Source: a virus (Duplodnaviria; Caudoviricetes). From it: DNA of 55,377 bases. The first letter of the stretch is position 1; each line of letters opens with the position of its first letter. The DNA lies in the IMG/VR virus record IMGVR_UViG_3300049170_000126, positions 1 through 55,377 of that record; one strand, given 5' to 3'. The translations under genes were made by a program, and so were the position numbers. Below are positions 7,849 to 17,967 of this stretch, one piece after another. The notes under the pieces were generated by a model, which saw nothing but the letters and a program-made list of their open reading frames with translations, was not told the origin of the DNA and searched no databases.

Positions 7849-10025
7849 CCGATCACCCCCAGTGATGCCGCGTACTGCAGGCCGCGGTTCTGGGTGACCG
7901 ATGTCGGCTCGGCCTGCGGGTAGTTGTTCGTGATGTTGATGTTGACCGCCTTACCGCCGGGGTTCGTGTTCGCGTCGTCGAGCGGTGTGACACGCGCACC
8001 GCGCGGCAGCTCGAGCAGCTCAGGCCCGGCGTCGCCCACGACCGCGAGGCCGGGGCGTTGGACATCGCCGCCCTTTGCGAGGTACGGGATGTTCGGGGTG
8101 TGCAGCGTCACGGACGGCACGCTGATACCGGCGATGTTCCCGCCGCCGATCGTGAGGGAGAACCCGTTCCAGGCGCCGATGATGTTGTTGATCGCCGCAC
8201 GGGCGCCAGACCACAGCGGGTCCCACAAGCCCGACGCCGCGGACGCGATCTTGCCCGGCAGGCCGCGGACCCAATCGACCATCCCGTTGAAGATGTCGTA
8301 CACACGCTCGCGCGCGGACAGGAACTTCACGGCGATCTTCCCGGCGATCGTCCCGAGCCCGGACGCGATCCGACCCGGCAGGTTCCAGAACCAGTCCACG
8401 ACCCGGTTGAAGATGTTCTGCGCACCAGTACGAGCCTCGTTGAACTTCGCCGACACCTTGCCCTTCACTGCGGCGACCGCGGCACCCACCCGGTTCGGGA
8501 TGTTCTTGAACCAGTCGACCGTGGCGTCCCACGCGTTCTTCACGTTCCGGCCCGCGTCCTTGAAGAACCCGGTCACGGAGCCCATGACCCTCTTGAAGCC
8601 CGGGACCAGGGTGTTCGTGAACCAGTCCGCCGTTGCCTTGGCGGCGTTCTTGATCCCGGCCCAGGCAGCCTTCGCGATCTTCTGTCCGGCCTCGGTCTGG
8701 GTAAAAAACCAGACCAACCCCGCGACCAACGCTGCGATCAGGACGATCACGATGCCGATCGGGTTCGCGGTCAGGGCGGCGTTGTACGCCCACTGAGCGG
8801 CCGTAGCAATGCCCGTCGCAGCCGCGCCCAGCAGGGACGCCCCACGGGCTGCCAGGGCGCCCACCTTGAGCTGTGACAGGGCGATGACGCCCAGGCCGAC
8901 CGACGTGGCCGCCGAGGCAGCGTCCGCACCGAACGCTTGCACGCCGACGGCGACGTCACCGATGGGGCCCTCGGTGTCGATCAGGTCCTGCTTCCAGCCC
9001 TCGAAGCTGCGCTGCAGCTCCTCGACGCGGGTCTTGGCATTGTCGTTCAGCTCGTCGGACATACGCCCGGCGGCGCCCTCGACGTCGCCCATGCCGGTCG
9101 ACGTCTGCGACAGGGAGTCGAGGAACGCGGGGATCTCGTCGGTGCCCAAGTCCTCGAGCGGCGTACCGAACAAGGCGATCGAGGTGTTGGCCTGCTCGGC
9201 CGGGTCCTCGATGCCCTGCAGCCCACCGACGATCTTGTCGAGCGCGCCCGCTGCCTCGTCGCCGCCGGCCAGCAGAGCGTTAGCCATCTCCTGCGAGTCC
9301 AGACCGAGGGTGCTGTACGCCTCGCCCGTGGCCTTGGACATGTCCGTGCCCCGGATCGTGAGCTCCTTGAGGGAGTCACCGATCTTGTCCACCGACGTGA
9401 TGCCCGAGCTCGCGGCCGACGCGAGGATCCCGATGGACCGTTCGCCGTCGATCCCGAGCGCCGCGAAGTTGCGGCTGTACTCGGAGACGGCGTCGAGGGT
9501 CTCGCCGCGCATCGACTCGGGCACCGACTGCATCGCGGCCGTGATCAGGTCGAAACCTTCTTCGGCGTCGCCGGCCAGGCCCTCCTTGATCAGCACACCG
9601 ACCGCGCCCGTGGCGCCGGCGACGTCCTGCTTGAACACCTTCGCGAAGTCGAGCGCGTAGCCGGCCGCCTGCTGGATGTCCTCCTCCGAGGCATCCCGCA
9701 TGCCCTCGATGGACGAGACCACCGAGTCGACCGCGCCGGCAGCCTCCTCCATGTTCTCGCCCCACGCACCCCGGTACAGGCTGCCCGCGGCGTTGGCCCA
9801 CTTCTCAGCCTCGGCCGGCGTGCCACCGAGGGCAGCGTTCATCGTGTCGGTGGCGACCTCGGCGTCCAGGTCCCCAAGGATCGCCTGCCCCAGCTGCGCG
9901 CCGGCGAACGCGGCGGCCGCGCCGGCGGCCGCCTTGCCGGCGTTGTCCTGCAGCGCCTTGAACGCCTTTCCGGCACCGGTCGCGTCGCCCAGGATGTTGA
10001 CGACGAAGTCCTTCACAGCAGGCAT
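7845..10025 (-). CDS. Tape measure protein
   Basis: 726 aa, Ala/Gly-rich; ALFGTPLEDLG, ANPIGIVI and periodic W/F repeats. Confidence 0.93.
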   Translation of the reverse strand: MPAVKDFVVNILGDATGAGKAFKALQDNAGKAAAGAAAAFAGAQLGQAILGDLDAEVATDTMNAALGGTPAEAEKWANAAGSLYRGAWGENMEEAAGAVDSVVSSIEGMRDASEEDIQQAAGYALDFAKVFKQDVAGATGAVGVLIKEGLAGDAEEGFDLITAAMQSVPESMRGETLDAVSEYSRNFAALGIDGERSIGILASAASSGITSVDKIGDSLKELTIRGTDMSKATGEAYSTLGLDSQEMANALLAGGDEAAGALDKIVGGLQGIEDPAEQANTSIALFGTPLEDLGTDEIPAFLDSLSQTSTGMGDVEGAAGRMSDELNDNAKTRVEELQRSFEGWKQDLIDTEGPIGDVAVGVQAFGADAASAATSVGLGVIALSQLKVGALAARGASLLGAAATGIATAAQWAYNAALTANPIGIVIVLIAALVAGLVWFFTQTEAGQKIAKAAWAGIKNAAKATADWFTNTLVPGFKRVMGSVTGFFKDAGRNVKNAWDATVDWFKNIPNRVGAAVAAVKGKVSAKFNEARTGAQNIFNRVVDWFWNLPGRIASGLGTIAGKIAVKFLSARERVYDIFNGMVDWVRGLPGKIASAASGLWDPLWSGARAAINNIIGAWNGFSLTIGGGNIAGISVPSVTLHTPNIPYLAKGGDVQRPGLAVVGDAGPELLELPRGARVTPLDDANTNPGGKAVNINITNNYPQAEPTSVTQNRGLQYAASLGVIG

Positions 10026-10046
10026 GACGGCACCCCCTTCACGGTC

Positions 10047-10678
10047 TCAGCGACGACGGCCCGCTGTGCGCGGGCGCTTGTGACGGGAGGCCCGGTCGGC
10101 CTCTTCGCGGTCCTTCTTGGCCTGCTCTTCGTGCTTGTCGACCGACAGTGCGACCGACGTCCACACGCGCCACTCGAGCCCGTAGACAACTCCCGGGACC
10201 AGGCCCGGGAACAGCCGCATTACTTTGACGATGCGGGCCGTGATCTGCTCGTCGAGCCACGGCTCGTCCCGCCAGAGCTTGAGGACTTCCGGGGCCGTGC
10301 CTTTGCCGGCGACGACTTGGCGGCGGGGGCGGCGTCGACGGTGGGGGAACCCGTCGACGCTGGAGTAGGGACCTCCCCATCCCCGTCCCCGTCCTCGCCG
10401 ACTTCGGGCTCGGCGCGCGCGACGTCGCCCGGGTCAGGCTGCGGGTACGCCATCGGGCGGTCCAGGACTTCGTCCCACGTCACGAACTTCCCGCGGTTGT
10501 GCTCGGACAGGAACTCGATGAACTTGTTCACCTCGGTCTGCCGGCTCTTGTCGTTGGTCATGGCGACGATCTCGTCCAGGCCGTAGCCCGTCTGCGTCTG
10601 CAAGGCGATCAAGTCGCGCCCGCGCGCCGTGTGCAGGTTCACCGCCCGGATCTCTTGGCCGTCAATCGTGATACGCAC
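10047..10678 (-). CDS. Tail assembly chaperone (152-aa product 10220..10678; longer product by probable -1 frameshift ending at 10047)
   Basis: Position just before the tape measure gene; the -1 frame is open from GGTCCCTAC (10365-10373) to a TGA at 10047-10049 and reads as protein (KLWRDEPWLDEQITARIVKVMRLFPG...). Confidence 0.75.
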
Positions 10679-11289
10679 TAGCTGCTCCCCTTGCTCATCT
10701 CGGTCAGCGCCTGGGCGATGGCCTGGTCAACCTTGATCGCGGCCCGGTCGCGGCCTCTGACCGCCGGGCCCCAGAAGTACTGCTGCCCGCGCTGGTGCAC
10801 GAACTTCCCGGTGTGGGAGAACACGGGGTGGCGGAAGATCTTGGCCTGCCACGCGTGCGTCATGTCCGACGTCTTGGAGTTGGCGCGCACCTGCACGCCC
10901 TGCCGGGTCTTACCGGCCACGACGCGGGTCTTGAGCGACCGCTTGATGCCCTGCCGCATACCGCGGCTGGTCCGGTTGTTCGCGGCTCTCTCCCGCTCCT
11001 CGTACACGTTCACCCTGCGGAAGTACGGCTTGGATCCGTCCTTCGGCACGATCAGCCGCGTGCGCTTGCCCGTGACCGCCACCCCGGGAGGAAGCGGCCC
11101 GTCGAGCACCCGCTGCTGGTCGGCGATGATGTCGTCGCCCGTGCCGCGCAGCTCCTTGCGGAGCTTGCGCGCCAGGGCCGGCGAGAACTCCTTCACCGAC
11201 CCGAGGACCTCGCGCAGGTTGGACACGTCCAGCTCGAAGTCCAGGCCCGACGCCGCGGCCGACGAGGCCGACGGCCGCTTCTTGGCCAT
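10678..11289 (-). CDS. Basic neck/tail completion protein (HK97 gp10-like)
   Basis: 203 aa, basic; FRHPVF...WGPAV motif; lies between tail tube and chaperone genes. Confidence 0.65.
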   Translation of the reverse strand: MAKKRPSASSAAASGLDFELDVSNLREVLGSVKEFSPALARKLRKELRGTGDDIIADQQRVLDGPLPPGVAVTGKRTRLIVPKDGSKPYFRRVNVYEERERAANNRTSRGMRQGIKRSLKTRVVAGKTRQGVQVRANSKTSDMTHAWQAKIFRHPVFSHTGKFVHQRGQQYFWGPAVRGRDRAAIKVDQAIAQALTEMSKGSS

Positions 11290-12326
11290 CAGGGGACCAG
11301 GTCGGCCGAGCGGTAGACCGCGTAGACCGGCTGCGGGTCTGTGCCCTGCAGGCCCGTCCAGTCGTGCGACGTCGTGATCACGTCGCCGCCGTTCGGCTCC
11401 GGCAGGTCACCGTCCAGGAAGATCGAGGGGACCGCGATCTGCAGCGTCGGCTTCTCCCCCGGCGCGATCTCCGTCGGACCCTCGAACGTCAGCAGCATGC
11501 ACAACTCCGCCTGGTCGAGATACGCGTCGGCGAGATCCCTGTTCGTGTACTCGATCTCGAACGAGCCACCGACCGCGTCGCTCTTGCCGCCCGTGTACGC
11601 CGCGGGCCGCGAGCGCCGGCCAGCGCCGCCGAGGTTGAACCCGTTGGAGTCGAGGCCGTTGTCGAGGTTGACCTGTGCGGTGCGCACGGTTGCGAGCTCG
11701 GTGCCGGCGGACGCGAGGGCGGTGTCCGTGGGGGCGGTGAACGCGTCGGCGCCGATGTAGATGGAGCCGCCCACGAACGTGAACAGGTCGAGGTCGTCGG
11801 GGTAGCTCGGTGCGGCGTATGCCTCGGTCAGCGACAGGGCGCGGGCGACCCAGGATGTGGACAGGGAGACGATGTCGTCGGCCGGGGCCTCGAGCGACAG
11901 GGTGGCGCACTGTGCGCCCGTGTACGTGTACGCGTCGGTGACGGCGGACCCGAGGCGCGGGATGCCCTGCTGGATCGTGTAGCTGTCGCCCCAGTCCTCG
12001 GTCTTGAGGGTGTGCACCTGCTGGAACACGCCCGACGCGGCGGCGGTCTCCGTGTTGGTGGTGACGCCGAAGAACGCGGACAGGAGGTAGCCGAGGCCGA
12101 CCGTGGTCGCGTCGAGCTGGATGTCGCCGGCCGACTCACGCTTGACGATCGCGCGGCGTGCGGACCGGGCCACGCGCTGGCCGGGGCGCATGCCCGATCC
12201 CTGCGCGGTGGCGACGGACTCCTTGAGGGAGAACGTCTCTGGCTCGAAGAACCGGGTCGGGACCGCGACGGTGCCGTACTCGGTCTCCTTGGCCATGCCA
12301 AGGGTGTAGTCGCTCTGGATGCCCAC
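11289..12326 (-). CDS. Major tail tube protein
   Basis: GTG start (VGIQSDYTLGMAKETEYGT, PTRFF); ~345 aa; SYTIQQG and YTYTG motifs of siphovirus tube proteins. Confidence 0.85.
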   Translation of the reverse strand: MGIQSDYTLGMAKETEYGTVAVPTRFFEPETFSLKESVATAQGSGMRPGQRVARSARRAIVKRESAGDIQLDATTVGLGYLLSAFFGVTTNTETAAASGVFQQVHTLKTEDWGDSYTIQQGIPRLGSAVTDAYTYTGAQCATLSLEAPADDIVSLSTSWVARALSLTEAYAAPSYPDDLDLFTFVGGSIYIGADAFTAPTDTALASAGTELATVRTAQVNLDNGLDSNGFNLGGAGRRSRPAAYTGGKSDAVGGSFEIEYTNRDLADAYLDQAELCMLLTFEGPTEIAPGEKPTLQIAVPSIFLDGDLPEPNGGDVITTSHDWTGLQGTDPQPVYAVYRSADLVP

Positions 12327-12331
12327 GGGGG

Positions 12332-12601
12332 TTACTCCTCGCTCTGGGGGTCGGTGGCGGCGAGTTGCTCGTCGCCGTCGGTGCCGGGCGTGCCGGCGTC
12401 GGGGGTGCCGGCGTCGGGTCCGGCCTGCTCCTGGCCGCCCGTCCGCGTGCCGGTGCGGACCGGCTCCCACGTGGCGGTCTGCCCGCGCACGTGCTTCGCC
12501 TGGGCGGCGGTCAGCTCGATGACCTCGCCGCGGTCGACGACCCGGCCGATCAGCGGCAGGTCGAGCGCCCCGAGCGGGGACACGTTCTTGAACTTCGGCA
12601 T
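12332..12601 (-). CDS. Hypothetical virion-module protein
   Basis: 89 aa in operon; GAGGAG RBS upstream. Confidence 0.7.
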   Translation of the reverse strand: MPKFKNVSPLGALDLPLIGRVVDRGEVIELTAAQAKHVRGQTATWEPVRTGTRTGGQEQAGPDAGTPDAGTPGTDGDEQLAATDPQSEE

Positions 12602-12605
12602 CTGC

Positions 12606-13082
12606 TCAGCTCCTCACCATGACGCGTGCCTTGTACGTGGCACGGATCGCGCACAACCGGCCCTCGCCGGTCTCTTCGTTGTCGGTCGCTCCGTCGGACA
12701 CCAGGTCGTCGGAGAAGCACCACAGGGCAGCGCCTGCGAGCGTGGGGTCGGCGCGGACCGCCCGGTCGAAGATGTCGAGCAGGCCGTAGGCGATGTCGTG
12801 CACCTCGCGGTCGGACGCCGTCTGCCGGTAGGCGTCGATCTCGACGTCGACGTAGATGTCCTGCTCACGCTTGCGGGTCGGTCCGACGGTCCCGTCCTGC
12901 GGTGCCGCGCGGACCGCGGTCACCGCGATGATGTCGTCGTACTCGATCGGCCACGGGTACCCGAACGCGGCCTGCACGTCCGGCTTGTCTGCGGCCGCGA
13001 GCGCCGCGACTGACGTGTTGTGTAGGCCGGTCTTGACGGCGGTGACGGCGTCGCCGAGCGAGCGGTGGATGCCGGTGCTCAT
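12606..13082 (-). CDS. Tail terminator-like protein
   Basis: 158 aa; VRADPTLAG motif; position before the tail tube gene. Confidence 0.7.
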   Translation of the reverse strand: MSTGIHRSLGDAVTAVKTGLHNTSVAALAAADKPDVQAAFGYPWPIEYDDIIAVTAVRAAPQDGTVGPTRKREQDIYVDVEIDAYRQTASDREVHDIAYGLLDIFDRAVRADPTLAGAALWCFSDDLVSDGATDNEETGEGRLCAIRATYKARVMVRS

Positions 13083-13609
13083 GAGCCGGCCCCGAGCAGC
13101 AGGTGCGGCCGCAGCATCTCGGAGACGCGGCGCGGCATCGCGAACCCTTGCTGCACGTCGGTGTCGGGCTCGGTGCCGCGCGAGCTGCGCGACGGGTTGC
13201 CGATCTTCTCCTGCTTGGCCCAGAACGCGCCGAGGTACCGGGCGGCGAGGATCACGTCCTCGGGCACAGTGTCAGCCGGGCGGGCGGTGGAGGTGACGAC
13301 GATCTTGCCGGGGCCGAACGGCCCGTACACGATGCCGGCGTCCGCGTCGGTGTCGGTGCTCGAGGTGATGTCGGTTCCGTCGAGGGTCACCGTGTCGACC
13401 GAGGCGACCGGGCAGCGCAGCACGACGGCGCGCTGCTGCCGGCGCAGCTGCCGGGTGTAGGTGAGCGTCTGGCCGTGCCACTCGCCGACTTCCTTCTCGA
13501 CCCGCTTCACGGCCGCCTCGGCCTGGTCCTCGACCTCGGCGGCGCGGGACGTGGCCCACGTCAGGGCGGTGCACACGTCCTCGCCCGTGATGGGCCACGT
13601 CAGCGCCAC
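13079..13609 (-). CDS. Head-to-tail adaptor
   Basis: 176 aa; VPEDVILAA and MPRRVSEMLRPH C-terminal motifs. Confidence 0.75.
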   Translation of the reverse strand: MALTWPITGEDVCTALTWATSRAAEVEDQAEAAVKRVEKEVGEWHGQTLTYTRQLRRQQRAVVLRCPVASVDTVTLDGTDITSSTDTDADAGIVYGPFGPGKIVVTSTARPADTVPEDVILAARYLGAFWAKQEKIGNPSRSSRGTEPDTDVQQGFAMPRRVSEMLRPHLLLGAGS

Positions 13610-13612
13610 TGG

Positions 13613-14098
13613 TCAGCCTCCGGCGGGTGCAGGCGCGGCGGTGCCGGCTGCCTCGTCGTCGGGCTTCGCTGCGGTCTTGGCGCGGCCGCGGCGACCCGTG
13701 GGCTCCGCCGGCGTGTCCGAGGTGGCCGCGGTGTCGACCGGTGAGGCCGGGTCGGCGGGCGGGGTGTCGCCGGGCGGCGTCTGCTCGGCCGCCACCTTCG
13801 CGGTGATGGCCGCAGCGAACGACTCGACGATCTCGGCCGGCACGCCGAGAACCTCGAAGACTTCCTCCGGGGCAAGGCCGGTCAGGTCCGGGGCCTCGTC
13901 CTCGACCTGGTCCTCGTCGTCGAGCTCGGCGAGCGCCCGGTACCGGGAGATCTCGTCGTCGACCAGGGCGGCCTTCTCTTCGTCGCCGCGGGCGACGTAC
14001 CCCTGCCGCTCGACCTCGAGGCCGGACAGCCGGCTACGGGCATCGTCTCGCTGTGCGGCCGCGGCGCGTGCGCTGGCGGCTTCCTGCTTGCTGCGCAT
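13613..14098 (-). CDS. Hypothetical protein after the major capsid gene
   Basis: ATG at 14098 with a GGGAG RBS; ERQGYVARG motif and an acidic/Pro-rich tail. Confidence 0.65.
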   Translation of the reverse strand: MRSKQEAASARAAAAQRDDARSRLSGLEVERQGYVARGDEEKAALVDDEISRYRALAELDDEDQVEDEAPDLTGLAPEEVFEVLGVPAEIVESFAAAITAKVAAEQTPPGDTPPADPASPVDTAATSDTPAEPTGRRGRAKTAAKPDDEAAGTAAPAPAGG

Positions 14099-14133
14099 GG
14101 TGCGCTCCCTTGCTGCTGTGACGGGTGAGGGTG

Positions 14134-14173
14134 CGGTGAAGGGCCGCACACCGTGGTGTGCGGCCCTTCACCG
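14134..14173 (-). terminator. Hairpin after the major capsid gene (terminator or mRNA stabiliser)
   Basis: 18-bp perfect stem CGGTGAAGGGCCGCACAC / GTGTGCGGCCCTTCACCG. Confidence 0.75.
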
Positions 14174-14181
14174 GGGGTCGA

Positions 14182-15612
14182 TCAGAAGACCGGGGCGACC
14201 AGGCCGGTGCCCGTGATCTTCTGGTGCACCGCCTTCGGCGTGCCCTGGGCGTCGACGACGCGGTCGAACTTCGCCGCGAAGTAGCCGTAGAGCACCAGGT
14301 CGATGCCGAGCCGCTTCGCCTGCGACTGCTCGGCGCGGATGAAGAACGGGGCGGACGGGTCCTCCCACAGGTGCGCCTCGTGGCGGGCGACCACCGCGAC
14401 GGCGTCCTCGTCCAGGCCGACGCCGAGGTTGGCGGGCAGGTTGTTGTCCTTCACGACGTCGCCGCCGTTGGGGAGGTGGCCCGCCACAGCGGCGGCGTAC
14501 GGCGTGCCGTCGTTCGTGCCGAAGGACTCGGGCGCGACCCCGGGCTGCTGGATGAACGGTCGCTGGTCGGTGACCTCACCGTTGATCCACGCCCAGCGGC
14601 GGCCGCGCATGAGGGTGAACAGGTCGTCCTCGTCGAGGTCGAGCAGGACGTCCTCGACGTTCGCGTTGGCGGCGAGGATCTTGCGGTACAGCTCGGCGGC
14701 CGTCGGAGCGCCCGAGGTGTAGGTCACCGCGTTCGCCACGGCGAGCAGGCCCCACACCGGGGAGTTGAGCAGCTTGTCGTCCAGCGCCGTGTTGTACGAC
14801 TTGAGCAGGTCCTCGAACACGATGTCCTCGGTCCCGACGCCGCGCTCGGCCGACTGGCGCGACATGGTCTGCGACCCGGCCACGGTCCGCACCGGCACCG
14901 GGATGTCCTCGTCCTCGTAGTCCTGCTCGGCGACGAGGTCCATCTCCGCGGCCTGCAGATCGGCCGTGGTGGCCACGGTCTGCCGCGGGATGTAGACCGT
15001 CATCCCGGTGTCGGGCAGGTCGTGGTGCCGGCACGCGTCAGCGAACTTGCGACCCGGCCGGCCCTTGGGCGCGTACAGGTCGATCAGGTACTGCGGCACG
15101 ATCGTGCCCGGCGCACCGGGCGTGGTGACCGCACGGGAGACGACCTCGCCGCGCTCGACCCGCTCCTCGGTCTGGTGCTGGTGCAGACGCTCGCGCGCCT
15201 CACGGTTACCGAGAAAGTCGGCCGTGACGTCCGACAGGAACTTGAGACCCTTCGGGTCGTTCTCCCGCGCGTACGTGCGCGGCTCGGTGACCTTGGTCTG
15301 CGTCCCGCCGCGGGTCTCGCCGCCGGCCTTCGTGCCGGTCGGGTCGGTGGGGGTGATGCGCTCGGCCATGCGGGCGATCGCGTCGTCCGCGGCCTTCTCG
15401 GTCTCGAGGGCGCGCAGCTCGGCGTCGAGCGTGACCAGCTCGGCGTCGATCTTCGCCTTCTCGCCGCGCACGACCTCGACGCGGGCGGCGTCGGCCTCGG
15501 TGGCGTCGACCTTGCCGCGCAGCTCGCCGAGCTCCTTGGTGTGCTCGTTGCGCAGCGAGATGCGGGCGTTGATCTTCTCGCGCGCCTGCGCGAGCAGCTT
15601 CTCGAAGTCCAT
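14182..15612 (-). CDS. HK97-fold major capsid protein with N-terminal delta domain
   Basis: MDFEKLL start with AGGAGAG RBS; coiled-coil N-terminus; IVPQYLIDLYAP and LVLYGY motifs; 476 aa. Confidence 0.92.
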   Translation of the reverse strand: MDFEKLLAQAREKINARISLRNEHTKELGELRGKVDATEADAARVEVVRGEKAKIDAELVTLDAELRALETEKAADDAIARMAERITPTDPTGTKAGGETRGGTQTKVTEPRTYARENDPKGLKFLSDVTADFLGNREARERLHQHQTEERVERGEVVSRAVTTPGAPGTIVPQYLIDLYAPKGRPGRKFADACRHHDLPDTGMTVYIPRQTVATTADLQAAEMDLVAEQDYEDEDIPVPVRTVAGSQTMSRQSAERGVGTEDIVFEDLLKSYNTALDDKLLNSPVWGLLAVANAVTYTSGAPTAAELYRKILAANANVEDVLLDLDEDDLFTLMRGRRWAWINGEVTDQRPFIQQPGVAPESFGTNDGTPYAAAVAGHLPNGGDVVKDNNLPANLGVGLDEDAVAVVARHEAHLWEDPSAPFFIRAEQSQAKRLGIDLVLYGYFAAKFDRVVDAQGTPKAVHQKITGTGLVAPVF

Positions 15613-15749
15613 GGGGACTCTCCTTCTCGTGGTGCCCCTGCGGGGCAGTGTGTGTGTCAGGGACGCCAGTCGACGGAGCCAGTCGGCCGCCCCAGGCCGT
15701 AGCGCGGGGCGGGACGCGAGCAGCGCGTGCGAGCAGCAGGGGGCTCGGC

Positions 15750-16445
15750 TCAGCGGAGCGCGAGCATCCGCTCGTCCTCGGTCGTGATGCCGAGGTCGAT
15801 GCGGGAGAGGGTGGGCGCGCTCGGGGCGCGCAGGTCCGGGAACCCGGACGTGTGGGGGTTGGCGCCGTAGCCGACGATCGCGACGTCGCCGCGGTGGATG
15901 TCGTACCGCTTGATCCGGTACTCCATGTAGTCGGGCGACCACTGGCCCAGCTCGATCCGGAACATGAAAGACATCTCGTCGATCAGTCCGTTGCGCAGCT
16001 TGGGCGCGATGTACGCGACGTCCTGGTCGCGGGGGTCGAGCTCGGGCGCGTCGACGAGCAGGCCCGTCTCGTCCTCGGCCAGGGTCAGCGTGCCGTTGGT
16101 GGTGCGGGCGATGCGGCGCAGCGTCTGGTGCTGCAGCACGAGCGGCACGTCGACGTCAGCACGGGCCAGGGACTCCGCGCCGGCGCCGGCCTCGACGATC
16201 TCCGTGTACGGGCCGTACCAGTCCCACATCTCGTACCCGCGCTCGTACACCGAGGCGTACCCGGTGAAGTGCAGCGGTGCGTCGTCGGCTTCACTGTCGG
16301 CCCGTAGAGACATCTTCGCGCCCGCGACGTGCACGGATGCCCGCGAGCCCTGCGCCTCCGCACAGCGGCGCTGCCGGGGCCGATCCGCGCGCTGGGCGAC
16401 TGCCCCGGCGCGGGCGTGCGCTGCACGCTCGAGTAGATCGTTCAT
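15750..16445 (-). CDS. HK97-family prohead protease
   Basis: FTGYASVY, LVLQH, EMSFMF, DVAIVGYGANP motifs; GGAGG RBS; ATGA overlap with the portal stop. Confidence 0.92.
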   Translation of the reverse strand: MNDLLERAAHARAGAVAQRADRPRQRRCAEAQGSRASVHVAGAKMSLRADSEADDAPLHFTGYASVYERGYEMWDWYGPYTEIVEAGAGAESLARADVDVPLVLQHQTLRRIARTTNGTLTLAEDETGLLVDAPELDPRDQDVAYIAPKLRNGLIDEMSFMFRIELGQWSPDYMEYRIKRYDIHRGDVAIVGYGANPHTSGFPDLRAPSAPTLSRIDLGITTEDERMLALR

Positions 16446-17785
16446 GACGGTATCCCTCCTGGGGCCAGACCTGCGCCGGCACGGTTCGCGATGTCGCGGG
16501 CTTCGGTGTCGGAGATCACGGTGCCGACGCCGAGGTAGATCTTCTGGATCAGCTCGGCCACGGACCGCGCCTGCCGCACCTCGTCGGAATCGCCGTTCGA
16601 TTCCTGGCCCGACAGCGCCGCACCGAGGGCGGCGATCGGGTCGGTTCCCTTGCCGAAGAGGCGGTCGAACTCGGCGTACTGCGCCTCGGTGAACGGCTCC
16701 CGGTCCTCGAGCTCGCGCGCCTCGGACGGTGCGATCTGCCGGGAGTCGATCTGAGCCTTGAGCAGGTCGGCACGCGTCTTGGGGTCCATCGCCAGGACGG
16801 CGTTCCGGTTCAGCTTTGCGACGCGCTGGTCGGGCAGGACACGCGTCGAGATCGTGTCCTCGCGCCGCTTGACCGCACCGCCGAGGTTCATCACGAGCAG
16901 CTGCACGTTGCGCTGGGTGACGTTCGCGTACGTCACCGATCCGGTTGCCGACTCGACGTCGACCATGTCCGCCGGCACACCGAAGAACCGGCACAGTGCA
17001 AGGTCCGAATACTCCATCTGCTCGATGAATCCGGACTCCGCGGCCTTCGCTGCGATCGGGTCGTAGGTCCAGTCCTTGCCCGAGACGAACGGTTCACCGA
17101 CTGCCGTCGAGGCCAGGAACTGGTCCTTGATCGCCGCGGTCTTCTCCAGGTCCGGGATCGTCATCTCGGTGTTCTTGAGGTGCGCCGACGGGACCGCGCC
17201 GTTGGCGAACCAGTCGGTCGCGAAGCTCTGCGCGCCCGAGCTGCCGGCGATCTGCATCGCCGCGTGTGCGATCGGCGACAGCCCCATCGGCAGACCGCCG
17301 ACAGTGAACTGCCGCTCGTGCCACACGAAGCGTGGGTCGGTCTTCTCGCCGCAGATCCGGTAGTACAGGATGCGGCCGTCCCGGACCCGGGCGGTGACGT
17401 CCTCGGCTTGGATCAGGTCGATCTGCGCGGGCTTGTTGAGCGCGTCGACGGCGCGGATCACACCGAAGCTGTTGCCGTGCGCGTCGAGGTCCACCTGCCC
17501 GGAGCCGATCCACTCACCGATCGTCATCGGCTGGCTGTCTGCCCACGACGACGGCGTCTTGAGGACGGCCGGCGTCGGGACCTTCACGTTGATCGAGCCG
17601 ACCTCGCGGTAGACGTCGACGGGCATGAGCGAGACCAGGTCGGCGCGCAGCCGCTGGGCGGCCCAGACGACCGACTGCTGTCGGGCCTCGGTCGCCTTCA
17701 CCACGCGGCCGCGGTAGGACCCGCGGCGCCCGGGTGCGACGAACTGGTCGAGCGTCGCGCGCTGCTCACGACGGAACAAGCTCAC
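16442..17785 (-). CDS. Portal protein (HK97 family)
   Basis: HGNSF, GLSPI, FANGAVPS, CRFFGVP and TYANV motifs. Confidence 0.95.
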   Translation of the reverse strand: MSLFRREQRATLDQFVAPGRRGSYRGRVVKATEARQQSVVWAAQRLRADLVSLMPVDVYREVGSINVKVPTPAVLKTPSSWADSQPMTIGEWIGSGQVDLDAHGNSFGVIRAVDALNKPAQIDLIQAEDVTARVRDGRILYYRICGEKTDPRFVWHERQFTVGGLPMGLSPIAHAAMQIAGSSGAQSFATDWFANGAVPSAHLKNTEMTIPDLEKTAAIKDQFLASTAVGEPFVSGKDWTYDPIAAKAAESGFIEQMEYSDLALCRFFGVPADMVDVESATGSVTYANVTQRNVQLLVMNLGGAVKRREDTISTRVLPDQRVAKLNRNAVLAMDPKTRADLLKAQIDSRQIAPSEARELEDREPFTEAQYAEFDRLFGKGTDPIAALGAALSGQESNGDSDEVRQARSVAELIQKIYLGVGTVISDTEARDIANRAGAGLAPGGIPS

Positions 17786-17967
17786 GACGAGGCCCCCTTC
17801 TTCCGCCGGCGGCGGGTCGGCCCGCGGTCGATCACGATTGACAGGACGAGCAGGCCGACGCCGGCGACGCCGATCGCGCCGGCCACGCTGAACGGGGCGA
17901 CGAACACAGCGAGCGCCACGACGACCAGGAGCGAGCCGACGAGGTCGAGCAGGTCAGTAAGATTCAC
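17782..17967 (-). CDS. Small two-TM membrane protein
   Basis: 61 aa between terminase and portal, hydrophobic with a basic tail. Confidence 0.7.
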   Translation of the reverse strand: MNLTDLLDLVGSLLVVVALAVFVAPFSVAGAIGVAGVGLLVLSIVIDRGPTRRRRKKGASS

